NCBI RefSeq assembly: GCF_001194135.2
Contig: NC_068984.1
Coordinates: 116,606,754 to 116,670,753 of the forward strand
From: Octopus bimaculoides
Taxonomy: Eukaryota
Length of the DNA: 64,000 nucleotides
Direction: 5' to 3'
The notes under the pieces are model-generated. The model was not told the DNA's origin. It made no database searches and saw only the letters and a list, made by a program, of their open reading frames with translations. Below are positions 1 to 13,435 of the stretch, in pieces. A program made the translations under genes and the position numbers. Position 1 is the first letter of the stretch. Every line of letters starts with the position of its first letter.

Positions 1-229
1 CCAAAAAAAATCTATCATGTTCAATGAATTATTATATTCCAAAAACAATATTTAATAAATTTAATTATAGAAAACTAACTCACGCTTGATGAGATTTTTT
101 AAATTTAAAAATAGGTTCAATATTCAGCAAAAAGATCCTGAAGTCTTTTATTTTTTTACATGTCTGTAATCAACTCCATTGTTTAGCAAACAGTTCTACT
201 ACCGTGTTGAACGCTATATCAACAAGATA

Positions 230-650
230 TACTCTTTACTCTCTTTTACTTGTTTCAGTCAATTGACTGTGGCCATGCTGGAGCAACACCTTTAGTCGAG
301 AAAATCGACCCCAGGACTTATTCTTTGTAAGCCTAGTACTTATTCTATCGGTCTCTTTTTGCCGAACCGCTAAGTTACGGGGACGTAAACACACCAGCAT
401 CAGTTGTCAAGCAATGGTGGGGGGACAAACACAGACACACATACACACATACATACATACATACATATATATATACATATATATATACGATGGGCTTCTT
501 TCAGTTTCCGTCTACCAAATCCACTCACAAGGCTTTGGTCAGCCTGAGGCTATAGTAGAAGACACTTGCCTAAGGTGTCACGCAGTGGGACTGAACCCGG
601 AACCATGTGGTTGGTAAGCAAGCTACTTACCACACAGCCACTCCTGTGCC
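230..650 (-). mobile_element. tRNA-derived CORE-like SINE (family A), full length with internal microsatellite
   Basis: Near-identical to copies at 13264, 17830, 25996 and 59190. Head GGCNCAGGAGTGGCTGTGTGGTAAG...GGTTCAGTCCC, CORE-like CCTTGGGCAAGTG, internal (TA)/(TG) tract, 3' domain ending in (AAAGAGT)n. Confidence 0.85.
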
Positions 651-2300
651 TATATATAAGGAAGAAACCACTAAAACCAGCAATATTACTTTCTTCCAAA
701 GACGGGGGTATTTATTTTGTTGCTCAAATCATAGTTCTTCATAACAATCTGGTCAAAATAGCAACTGGAGTATTGAAGTAATTTTGGAAGTTCAGATATG
801 GCTGTGAGGTTAAGAAGTTTGCTTCCCAACCATGTGGTTTTGGGTTCAATCTAGCTGTATGGCACCTTGAGCAAGTGTCTTCTACTATAACCCTAGTTGA
901 CCAAAGCACTATGTATGGATTCGGTAACTAGAAACTGAAAGAAGCCTACCATACACCTATCTACTCACACACAAACACACACATATTTACATATGTATGT
1001 ATGCATGCATGTATGTATGTATGTCAGCTGGAGGACTTAAATGACACGCAAAAGTACATGGAGCCCAATTACAACAACAGCCAGCTATTGCCAGTAAAGG
1101 TTTTGGATGCCAACTCTGTGCAAGACATTGTAGATCTTTGGCTGGGCTAAAAAGTCACATTCGATCAGAGCACCGTTAAGTTAAGCTTTGTGCAATGGCC
1201 ATACTTGATAACGAGGGGGAAGCCATCATCATGTATGTATGTATGTATGTATGTATGTATGTATGTATGTATGTATGCCATTATTCAGTTTTATGTCAAG
1301 AATTCTTGCCAATAGAGAAAGAAACAGCTTCCAAACTAGACTCAAGGCTCCTTCATTGGAATTTCAATATCAACAGAGTATTTTTGTTTGTATGTATGCA
1401 TGTATGTACGTATGTATGTATGTATGTATACAAGCAGATTTGTATGTTTCATTTTATGTATGTATTCTCATGGATATAGTTGCTTGTCTAGACATGCTTG
1501 TATGTCTGTATGCCTGTATGTGTGTATTTATTTATGTATGTATGTATGTATGCCTAGTATGTGAGAAAGTTTGCAAGTCGATTTCAGGTCTGAAAAAACA
1601 TAACAGTACACAAAGATCATATCCCACAAAGTGATCCCAATCAATCCAGCGAGTGTTACACCTTTCATCTGTCACCTATATTTATAATCATGCAGATCTG
1701 CAACTGGACAGACTGACCATCTGAAAGGTCATGGACAGGAAGTTAGAAATGCCATTGACCACAAAGAAGTACAGAGAGACAGCAATTATTTGTGTATGTG
1801 TATGTGTGTATGTGTGTGTGTGCACACATGCATACACAGTAGTTGTAAATGAGCATCACAATTAAACAAACAGTATCTTTTGTTTACAATCTTCCATGGA
1901 AACATATCCAAACATAGGAATATATTTCATCTTAGGATCTAAAAGAAGCAAACTGTGGACATTGGAGATTGGCATCTCATCAGTCACATCTCTACACACA
2001 GATTGCATAACATCTTTCTGAAATTCTAATCTCAGCAAAGATTTTGTTTTTTATATATATATATATGTATGTTTAAAATATAAGTAATAGGCTCAGACTT
2101 GACTGTGTGGTAAAAAGTTTGCTATCCCAACTACATGGTTTTGAGTTCAGTCCCATTGTGTACCAACTTGGGCTAGTGTCTCCGACTGTTGCCCCAGGCT
2201 GACCAAAGCTTTGTGAGAGAATTTCATAGACAGAAACTGAAAAACTGAAAGTTTATTGAAAGTGTGTGTATGTATGTATGTATATATATATATGTATGTT

Positions 2301-2345
<45 letters not shown>

Positions 2346-2703
2346 GTTTTGCAAGATTCTTGATGTGAAATTGTGCGTTGAAACAGATATTGTTGATTTG
2401 GGGATGGTCATGTTGCCAGTTTAGCCAATAAAACACACGCACTATATATTTGGTGTTAATTTGCTTCAGCTTTATTTTATTTTTTTTACATTAATCGTAT
2501 TTCGGCCAGAGTTCTTTCATCACACTTCTGTGACCTCATCAGTGGTCCTTTGCTTTCTTCTTTCTTATTTGTGTGTCTTTCTTTACTAACGATTTTGTCA
2601 AATTAACACCAAATATATAGTGCGTGTGTTTTATTGGCTAAACTGGCAACATGACCCTCAACAAATACAACAATATATATATATATACACACACATATAT
2701 ATA

Positions 2704-3655
2704 TTGAGAAAAAGGAAGCAGTTAGAATTTTGGATAATCCTTTATTAGCGCTTTTGTTCCTTTATGAACTACTCAAAACAAAATCAAAATCAAAATGGTA
2801 AGAACAGAACGTTTTGTTGTTCATTTATATGATTTGGAAGATTTTTTTGTTTTGTTTAGACAAGGAAAATATTGTTTTTGTTTTTTTTAGGGGGGGGGAC
2901 ACAGAAAGAAAAGCAAAGTGGAGGGCAGGGGAATAAGTAGAGAGAGAGAGGTTTCAGGACAATCAAGAAAGAGGAAAAAAATATAATAATAAAGGATGGG
3001 GAAAAGATAGACAGATGGATAGAAAGATAGATAGATAGATAGATAGATAAATAGACAGACAAACAGACAGACAGACAGACATACGTACATACATACATAC
3101 ATATATACATACAGATCGATAGACAGACAGACAGACAGACAGATAGATAGATAGACAGATGGGTAGAAAGATAGGTAGATAGTTAGATAGATAGATAGAC
3201 AGAGAGCCCTCATGAGAAAATGTGTTTATTTACAAATATGTTGATGGGTATACAATGGAAAAAGAAAGAAGGAAAAAAAAATTTGAAATGAAGTTTCAAT
3301 GAATTGACCACACCAAATTGAAAGGAAAACCTCTCTCTCTCTCTCGTTCTCCCTGTCTATCTATCCTTTTCTCATTCTTTATTATTTTTTCTTCTCTTTC
3401 TTGATTGTCCTGAAACCTCTCTCTCTATCCATTCACCCCACCACCACTTTGCGTTTCTTTCTGTCTCCTTTTTTCCAAAAAAAAAACAAAAACAATATTC
3501 TCCTCTTCCGAACAAAAACAATCCGATTCGTATAAACGAACAATGAAATGTTCTGTTTTCACAATTTTGATTTTGATTTTGTCTCAATGAGTTTGTAAAT
3601 GAACAAAAGCGCTAATAAAGGATTATCCAAAATTTGACTGCTTCCTTTTTCTCAA
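2704..3655. mobile_element. Foldback/MITE-like element with very long imperfect TIRs and TA flanks
   Basis: TA|TTGAGAAAAAGGAAGCAG...CTGCTTCCTTTTTCTCAA|TA. Inverted similarity continues inward (GGATAATCCTTTATTAGCGCTTTTGTTC; GTTTCAGGACAATCAAGAAAGAG). Confidence 0.75.
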
Positions 3656-5445
3656 TATACAATCTCTGTACACCACTTGAAACACACACACACACACACA
3701 CANNNNNNNNNNNNNNNNNNNNNNNNNNNNNNNNNNNNNNNNNNNNNNNNNNNNNNNNNNNNNNNNNNNNNNNNNNNNNNNNNNNNNNNNNNNNNNNNNN
3801 NNNNNNNNNNNNNNNNNNNNNNNNNNNNNNNNNNNNNNNNNNNNNNNNNNNNNNNNNNNNNNNNNNNNNNNNNNNNNNNNNNNNNNNNNNNNNNNNNNNN
3901 NNNNNNNNNNNNNNNNNNNNNNNNNNNNNNNNNNNNNNNNNNNNNNNNNNNNNNNNNNNNNNNNNNNNNNNNNNNNNNNNNNNNNNNNNNNNNNNNNNNN
4001 NNNNNNNNNNNNNNNNNNNNNNNNNNNNNNNNNNNNNNNNNNNNNNNNNNNNNNNNAATTTTATTTTCTGCCAAAATATTTTTGTCACTTTGAAACCCGC
4101 ACCCTGTTCACTGACAAAACTTTGTGCTGATTGTTAGTAAGGAAAGACACACAAATAAGAAAGAAGAAATCAAAGGACCACTGATGAGGTCACAGAATTG
4201 TAACAAAAGAACTCTGGCCGAAATACGATTAATGTAAAATAAAGCTGAAGCAAATCAACACCAAATATATAGTGCGTGTGTTTTTATTGGCTAAACTGGC
4301 AACATGACCATCCCCAAATACAACAATATATATATAATATATGTGTATTTGTGGTGTCTGTGTTTGTCCCCACCGCCATCACTTGACAACTGATGTTGGT
4401 GTGTTTATGTCCCCATAATTTAGTGGTTTGGCAAAATAGACTGATAGAATAAGTACTAGGCTTACAAAGAATAAGTCCTAGGGTTGATTTGTTCGACTAA
4501 AGGCAGTGCTCCAGCATGGCCACAGTCAAATGACTGAAACAAATAAAAATATATATATATATATATACACACACCAATGTGTGTTTCTTTGTGTCTCTGT
4601 TTGTCTCCCACCACTGCTTTAAGACCAGAGTTGGTTTATTTACATCCTCATAATCTAGCAGTTCAGCAAAAAGACCAATAGAACAAGTACTGGGGTTGAT
4701 TCATTTAGCTAAAAATCCTTCAAGGCGGTGCCCCAACATGGCTGTAGTCTATTGACTGAAGCAAGTAAAAGATAAAATGATATCATTGGAAATTGTGTCA
4801 CGAAGAAATAAAATCTAACACCAGCCTCTGACAGGATTTGAACTCAAAATATAAAGGTTTGAAACAAGATAGAGTAAATTATTGAACCTAATGTTATACT
4901 ACCTTGGCAACAACATCTCTTTCAAACACATATTGATTAGTAATTGACATATTTAGCAATCCGTATAAAATCTATTGTTCTATTCAAAATATATATGTAT
5001 ATTGATTTCTTTTGATTAGGCATAAATCCAATTTCTGAAGGTGAGACTCACATAGTCAACTAAAATGACCTCAATGAATTACTGGTATTTTTTTTATGAA
5101 TTCAAGGAGAGTAAATGGCGAAGTTAAACTTGGCAATGTTTTGATTCCGTTTTGGAGAAAGAATAAATAAATTATTATTTTCTTGTTCTTTTATTTGTTT
5201 CAGTCACTGGACTGTGGCCATGTTGGAGCACCAGCTTGAAGGGTTTTGTTCATTTAAATTAACTCCAAACTATTTTGTTTTACAGTCTGGTCTCTTTCAG
5301 TTTCACTTCCTGAACTGCTAAGTTACAGGGATGTAAACAAACCAAAGCAGTTGTTAAGTGGGGTGGTGCTAAAAAATAAAATGGGCACGTGCACATGCAC
5401 ACATACTTGTCCATTTATCTTTCTCTATCTATTCATCTATCTGCC

Positions 5446-5488
<43 letters not shown>

Positions 5489-5489
<1 letters not shown>

Positions 5490-6325
5490 TGGGTGAGATG
5501 GGTAAATTGTTGCAATTTTATATTTTTAATTTCATGAACGGGCATTCCTTGTTTTTCATTTTGTTGACTACACAGTATAGTTGGGTCAGCTGGGCAACCT
5601 CTATGAGGAAAACATCACTGTGACGTTTTGATTCACTCTGCCAGAAATTTGGAAACGACATGCTGTACTACTTGGTATTCACGCCAGAAGCTCCAATACA
5701 AACATTTCGAAGTCCTTCAGGTGTCAATTTGAGGACAGTGCAATCTGAAGATGTGTACCAAGAGTGATAAAAATCAAACATCCAGTCGACACCATGGTGT
5801 TTGGAGTGATCACTAGTGATAACGACATTGTGCCTCCATTCATCTTCTCACACAGCCTCAGACTCAACACGGAGGCCTAAATCAAGAGCCTGGAGGAGGT
5901 AGTGCTGTCTGGCTCAATAGAGTGGCTGCTGGAAGAACCTATGTCTGGCAACAGGACTCTGCACCAGGCCACACAAGCAAGAGAACCCACAGACAGCTGT
6001 CAGACAATTTCTGTGACCACATCACCCCTAACATCTGGCCAACTAACTCTCCAGACTGCAATCCCCTTGATTATTATGTGTGGGACACAGCTGAGTGAGA
6101 GACCAAAAGCTCTTATAACACCAAAGATAAACTGAAGGTAAGGATTATGGCAGCATTCGCCAGATTAAACAAGGAGCCTGTCCAGAAGAGTTGCAGGAGA
6201 TTTTGAGGTCATCTGGAGGCCATGGTTGAAGCCAATGGCGATTTTATTGGATAAATTTACTTTGTAGTATTTCAAGATATTTTTATATAATTTTGGTAAA
6301 TATACCTGTTAAAATGAAATGTCCT
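5489..6325 (+). mobile_element. Decayed, internally deleted DD37D (maT-type) Tc1/mariner transposon
   Basis: Frameshifted translation gives KHPV..MVFGVITS, YVWQQDSAP and PDCNPLDYY motifs. Homologous to 38632-39513. Confidence 0.8.
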
Positions 6326-6944
6326 AACAACCCCTCACCTCCACCTCCCACACTCCTTTTGCAATCTTGCACACTTATCAACCAACCCACCTTATCCTCC
6401 TCTCTCTCTCTCTCTCTCTCCTACTGAGATGCTAAAACTGACCTCACCTGTGCTTGTGTCACGTAAAAAGCACTCAGTCTACTCTGCTGGGTGGTTGGTG
6501 CTAGGAAGGGTATCCAGCCATAAAAGCCCTGCTAAAACAGACATGGAGTCTGGTGTAGGCTCCTACTTGGCCGGCTCCTGTCCAACTGTCCAACCCATGC
6601 CAGCATGGAAGGCAGATGTTAAACAACGATGATAACGATGATGATGATGATGATGATGATGCCTATTTCTGTCCCTCCACTCATAATTTGAACTTACCTC
6701 AAGAAAAATGGCACCTTCCTCAATACTACCCCCCCACCCCGCCACCTTCAGTTGAGAAGTGGGTATCTTGGAAATTATCTGGTGACTTCACTGCTGCTAG
6801 AGTCACGTAAAAGGCAGCCAGCTGTAGAAACCAAGCCAAAGCAGACAGCAGAGCTTGGCACAGTCTTCTGACTGGTCAGCTCATATCAATCCATTCAACA
6901 TCTGCCAGCTTGGAAAACGGATGTTAATTGATGATGATGATGGC

Positions 6945-6980
<36 letters not shown>

Positions 6981-7041
6981 ATACATGTGTGCGTATGTGT
7001 GTGTATGTATGTGTATATGTGTGTGTGTGTATGTATATGTA

Positions 7042-7091
<50 letters not shown>

Positions 7092-7095
7092 TATG

Positions 7096-7189
<94 letters not shown>

Positions 7190-7499
7190 AATATTGATAT
7201 ATTGATATATATATATATGCAGGTAGTAAAGACAACTAACAAAGTGTATTCTGATCAAAATAAACGAAATGGAGATTGAAAAACAAGGTACCTTTTGACA
7301 AATCATCTGATGAGACACATCTGCACCAATGATGCATCACAACTGTTTGTGCAGCATCCCACCAGTGAAGCACTGATGCACAACGGGTCAAAATGATTGC
7401 AGTGAATAAATAATCTCATGAATTCCATTTTGTTTCTCTTTCTGTCATATGTTATGTGTGTGTGTGTGTGTGTGTGTGTGCACATGCATGTATGTGAGT

Positions 7500-8165
7500 A
7501 GCCTTTCTTTTACTTGTTTCACTCATTTGACTGTGGCCATGCTGGAGCACCACCTTAAAGGGTTTTCATTCAAAAGAAATTGACCCAAGAACTTATTCTT
7601 TGTAAGCCTAGTATTTATTCTATAAGTCTCATTTGCTGAACTACTAAGTTACAGGGATATAGACACCCCAACATTAGTTGCCAAGCAATGGCGAGGGGAC
7701 AAACACAGACACAAAGACACACACACACACACAAATATATACAGATGTATATATGGTGGGCTTCTTTCAGTTTCTTATTTCTTTATTGCCCACAAGGGGC
7801 TAAACATAGAGGGGACAAACAAGGACAGACAAAGGGATTAAGTCGATTACATTGACTCCAGTGCATAACTGGTATTTAATTTATCGACTCCGAAAGGATA
7901 AAAGGCAAGTCGACCTTGGTGGAATTTGAACTCAGATCGTAACAGCAGATGAAATACAGCAAAGCATTTCGCCTGGCGTGCTAACGTTTCTGCCAGTTGG
8001 CCGCCTGGGCTTCTTTCAGTTTCTGTCTACCAAATCCACTCACAAGGCTTTGGTCACCCAAAGCTATAGTAGAAGACACTTGCCTAAGGTGCCACACAGT
8101 GGGACTGAACCCAGAACCATGTGGTTCAGACGCAAGCTTCTTACCATACAGCCACACCTGTGCCT
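7500..8165 (-). mobile_element. Family A SINE interrupted by a family B SINE (7776-8005) with a 19-bp target-site duplication
   Basis: TGGGCTTCTTTCAGTTTCT occurs at 7757-7775 and 8006-8024, flanking the insert. Confidence 0.85.
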
Positions 8166-9165
8166 ATATATATGTGCGTGTGTGTGTGTATGTGTGCATG
8201 TACTTTGATGTAGTATACTTTACCAGATATTGTCAACTCAATATGAAGATCAACATTCTACTCTTTTACATGTGTTGCATTATAACAGTGATATCCAAGC
8301 AGAGATAAGCTAGATAAGTGGTTCCTAAGCTCTTTCGGGCTGCTGCCTCCTTGGCACCCACCCCACCGGCATGCTAACGATTCCGCCAGCTCACTGCCTT
8401 TAATTACACCTACAGTTTCTGTCAACCAAATATACTCACAGGACATTGGTCAACCTAGAACCACAGTAGAAGACACTTGCTCAAGGTGCTGCACAATGGG
8501 ACTGAACCCATAGTGATGTGGTCATAAAGTGAACTTCTTAACCATACAGCCATACCTACATCTATTGTTCTATAGGAAATTTAGTTAAAAATTCTACAAC
8601 TTTTTGCTAATTCACAACTGGTCACATTTAATAGTAAACAATTCTTTTGTTGCTAATTTCGAAAAAAAATCTTTTTATATAAAACTGATTCTGAAAATCT
8701 AAATGTGTTTTGTATCTGATGCTTCTTTTCAAATATTGAATTACCTTAAGTGTTACAAATCGAGTAATATTCCGTTATCATCAAAGAACTTTATTATCGC
8801 AATACAAAAGGAGTATTTGAATTCTTATTAAGCCAGTATCATAAGCACTGAGGCAGAACTCATCTGTGTGTCAACATTACATTTGCTCAAGAAACCACCC
8901 CCGCTACCGCTACCGTCACCACCACCGGTACTGCCGCCACCACCACCACCAACAACAACAAAAACAACCCCAACAACAACACAACCACCATCATCACCGT
9001 TATTGTTTTTATTGTTCTACTTTTCCAAGCTGGCAATGGACCAAAGGAATTCATTGAGGCAGATTTTCTACAGCTGGAGGCCTTTCTTTGCAGCCAACTA
9101 TCACTTCTTTCCAAGCGGTGACATGTTTTCATTAGAAAATTGGAAATAAATGACACTGCCTATAA

Positions 9166-9446
9166 CAGGGGTTTTCAAACTTTTTGACTTGCGGACCCCT
9201 TTATATTTCAGGCTTTACCTTAGGGGGTCCCCCTTATAAACGCTTATGAAATTTATACATAAATATTTGCTTAAAATAACATATAATTTTACATTTGTTT
9301 ATTTAACAGTATTTAACAAGTAGGTTTATTGTCAATTAAAAGATTTTGATTAAAAAACATATATAAAATCAAATTGCCCATAAAAAGTATTTGCTGTCCA
9401 CGGACCCCCTGTTTTGTCCTTGCGGATCACAGTTTGAAAACCCCTG
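9166..9446. mobile_element. hAT-like MITE
   Basis: TIR CAGGGGTTTTCAAAC / GTTTGAAAACCCCTG. Flanking direct repeat CCTATAA (7 bp exact; hAT TSDs are normally 8 bp). Confidence 0.75.
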
Positions 9447-9519
9447 CCTATAAGGAAGGCAACGCTATAAGTATTTTATTGAAACAAGAAAAAAATGTAA
9501 TTCTAAAAACTGACTCTGT

Positions 9520-9630
<111 letters not shown>

Positions 9631-10149
9631 GAAGGCAATATGGAAGGAACAACTTTTAACAAACATAGTGAAAGAGAGAGAGAGAAAGAGATGTGCAGGT
9701 GTTGCAGTGTAGTGGTATGGGATGGTGGGGGAAGGTAGATGTATAGGTGTAATTGTATTGTGAGAGGAAGACATAGAACTGGGGATATGGCTGAAGGTGT
9801 GAATGTGAGCTAAAAAGGGAGACAAGAAAAATGTGACATTTTCTGATAAAACATTGGTGAAAAAAATAATAAACAACTTCAAGATGTCCTGCTATATTTT
9901 AGATAAATGTTTTATATATACACATACATTAACATAGGTCATTCAATTTTTCTCAGCTGATCAATGGGCTGATTGAGTAAACCTATCAATAATGAACCTA
10001 TAATGACTACTGGAAACAGCTGTAAGCCAAATTTACTACAATGAAATAAAATATGTAATGAACGTTATTTATGCCTTGTGTCTCATACATTTATATATTA
10101 TATATATATACATATGTATATGTATATATGTATAACTTGGCACTCTGTT

Positions 10150-10516
10150 GGTTACGATGACGAGGGTTTCTGTTGATCCGATCAACAGAAGAGCTTGATC
10201 ATGAAATTAACGTGTAAGTGGTTGAGCACTCCACAGACGCGTGTACCCTTAACGTAGCTCTCGGGGAAATTCAGCATGACACAGTGCGTGACAAGGCTGC
10301 CCCTTTGAAATACAGGTACAACACAAACAGGAACAAAGAGTGGGAGAAAGTTGTGGTGGAAGAGTACAGCAGGGTTTGCCACCATCCCCTGCCGGAGCCT
10401 CGTGGAGTTTTAGGTGTTTTCGCTCAATAAACACCCACAACAACCGGTCTGGGAATTGGAACCACAATTCCACAACCGTGAGTCCTCTGCCCTAACCACT
10501 GGGCCATTGTGCCTCC
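10150..10516 (-). mobile_element. SINE family D
   Basis: Reverse complement aligns along its length with 48567-48950. Confidence 0.8.
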
Positions 10517-10754
10517 ACACACACACATACACATATACATACACACATATTCATACATACCTTCAAGACATCCTGCTTCCTTTTGAATTAATGCTTTGTT
10601 CTTGCCATTGAAAGAAAGTGCCCAAAGTCCATTTATAACTAAAAGAATTTCCTCTTCAGAAAGGGGATTGTTTATATATAGATTTTCTTCTTGTAAAAGA
10701 CGAACATAAAATGTTAAGATACCATTCTGAACCAGTTGCACTTTGTTGACATCA
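10517..10754. other. Probable assembly-overlap duplicate of 10839-11076 (includes the exon 3' end)
   Basis: 238 bp identical on either side of a 38-N gap adjoining (AT)n. Confidence 0.8.
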
Positions 10755-10792
10755 NNNNNNNNNNNNNNNNNNNNNNNNNNNNNNNNNNNNNN

Positions 10793-10849
<57 letters not shown>

Positions 10850-10882
10850 TACACATATACATACACACATATTCATACATAC

Positions 10883-11914
10883 CTTCAAGACATCCTGCTT
10901 CCTTTTGAATTAATGCTTTGTTCTTGCCATTGAAAGAAAGTGCCCAAAGTCCATTTATAACTAAAAGAATTTCCTCTTCAGAAAGGGGATTGTTTATATA
11001 TAGATTTTCTTCTTGTAAAAGACGAACATAAAATGTTAAGATACCATTCTGAACCAGTTGCACTTTGTTGACATCACTTGCAGACAGGTTAAATAAACCC
11101 CTGAGAATTTCTGTTACACACATTCCATATTTGCTACTGAAGTGATTAGGGGAGTTTAATGCCCTATCGAAAATATCCAAAATGAAACTGAGCAGGTCAC
11201 TGTTCGAATTGAGCAATTCGCTCTCCGTCTCATCGACAACATAAGAGAGTACAATGAGAGATTTAGCACGGATCATGTCAAGATCTGACTTGAACAAATG
11301 TTGAAGAGCCCGAACTCCACCACACTCACGCAGAAGTAAACGTCCATCGCTATTGTGACGTACAACATTGTGCATGATTCCTAGAATGGCTTTCACGTAA
11401 TATTGTTTCTTGTCATCCTCAGAGTATCGTGTGTTTGAAACATTCACAAGTGCATGCAGGAGTATTGAGATTAAACCATTGTCACAAACGTCTTGACATA
11501 CTTCGCTGTTTATGTCACATGTATTCCATAGAACCGACAGGCTTTTCTTTAGTTTCCGCCACTGTTTAATATTATCTTTGTGAAAGATGTGAACTTGGTG
11601 TACACAGAGCCAAATGTTTTTGAAAATTTTGACAAACTTTGATTGGTAAAGACATAAGGCCACTGATTTACGTATATGGATGTTTGGATTGTACTGCGAA
11701 GCTTCCCACACAACTTTAATATCATTATAACAGTCTGTGTTTAGTATATCTATGTCTTCTGGAGTGCTGAGTCTTTTCAGACACTGATTTACCTTCTGTA
11801 ACACTTCTTCGAGACATATATTAGCTTTGTTTTGTGGCGATGATGGTAATTTTTCGTTTGTCTCAATGAGCGCCTCATTACTCTTCGACGATTGTTTGCT
11901 TGAACATTTTCCAT
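10883..11914 (-). CDS. Internal coding exon (344 codons) of an armadillo-repeat protein, possibly an invertebrate ARM-TIR family member
   Basis: Stop-free frame extends the supplied ORF upstream: (x)AT GGA AAA... = DGKCSSKQSSKSNEAL...VLQKVNQ...KNKALIQKEAGCLE(G). Acceptor tttattttgcAG at 11916-11915 and donor G|GTATGT at 10882-10877. Length 1032 = 344x3, phase 1 at both ends. Recurrent ARM-like helices at ~40-50 aa spacing (LSVLWNTCD, ILGIMHNVVRH, KSLIVLSYVVD, ILRGLFNLSAS, INGLWALSFNGKNK). Confidence 0.88.
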
Positions 11915-12312
11915 CTGCAAAATAAATAAAATAACAAATTAAAATTGCAATAAAAGAAACAGATAATTAAAATAAAATAATTATTGATTTCAAGTTTTGA
12001 CACCAGGCCCACAAATTTGGGGGTGGGGAAGGCGAGGAGATAAATTGATTTCATCAGTCCCCGTGTTCAACTCGTACCTATTTTATCAACTGTGAAAGGA
12101 TGAAAGGCAAAGTCAACCTTGGAAAAAATTGAACTCAGTGAGTATTACCATTTGTTTGAAGCATTTCCATGTGTGCAAATGATTTCAATATTTGAAAAAT
12201 AAAACTAAGCAATGAGAGTTTTCCCACCAAGCAGTTTTACTGAATGGCTTTCAGTTTTAAAAGCTGGTAAGTTCAATATCAGGTCAGTATTACTCAGTCA
12301 TCTAGGGAAATC

Positions 12313-12390
12313 TCTGTCACTTGTCTTTAGTAAATTGGTCTCTCCTCCTCTGTCACTTGTCTTTAGTAAATTGGTCTCTCCTCCTCTTTC
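12313..12390 (+). repeat. 36-bp tandem duplication
   Basis: CTCTGTCACTTGTCTTTAGTAAATTGGTCTCTCCTC x2 plus a partial copy. Confidence 0.85.
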
Positions 12391-13201
12391 ACTTTTCTTT
12401 ATGTAATAGGTTTATATTGAACTCACTAAAAGGTACCAACCTTAACTTGTAGTATCAAGTAACACACATACTACTTTCATAATATTATCTAGCAAGTTAT
12501 ATTACAGAAGATTCCTAACCATTATGTTCATTGAACATTGTTCCCATAATTTATTGGATGTACACTTGTAAATATAAATGATGTGTGTTAATAAAATATT
12601 TGAAAACTCATTTATTGTTTAGTGTGGTCATTGTCTTCACATGCAACCTATGTATTGTGAACATCCAATGAAGAATATATTACAACCACGCTAAAATAGC
12701 ATTTATTAACAGATCAAATGTGAGATGAAGATAATATGCATTAAATATTGCAATAAGGCTTAGGTCAATTGTTTGCGAAAGAAACTTATTTGGTAGCATA
12801 AACTTTAATCTAACATTCGGGTAGAGATGTAGAGATCATGGCTGACAAAAGGCAATATCTATGATCACAAGGAACAGAAACAGTTGGATCAGGTAGACAA
12901 AGTGATGTGAAAAAAACACCAATACTCATACAGCAAAGAAAGGCCTTGCATATCCAACAAGATACACACAACCCCTACGCACACACACACATATACAAAC
13001 ACATTTATTTACTTATATATTGATAAGCATATAAATACATGTATATACAAAGACATACAAATGAATATACATATACAGCTAAATATACATAAATATATAT
13101 GGGTATCTATCTATGTGTCTATCTGTCTATCAGTCTGTCTGCCTGTTTATCTACCTGCACACACACACACAAACACACACGCATGCAAATATGTGTGTGT
13201 G

Positions 13202-13263
<62 letters not shown>

Positions 13264-13265
<2 letters not shown>

Positions 13266-13403
13266 CGCAGCGTGGCTGTGTGGTAAGTAGCTTGCTTTCC
13301 AACCACATGGTTCCGGGTTCAGTTCCACTGTGTAGCACCTTAGGCAAGTGTCTTCTACTATAGCCTCAGGCTGACCAAAGCCTTGTGAGTGGATTTCGTA
13401 GAA

Positions 13404-13435
<32 letters not shown>

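Noticed and set aside
10424-10888. 154-aa ORF repeating DVNKVQLVQNG...EAGCLEG
   Set aside because: It comes from the gap-flanking duplicate of the real exon.
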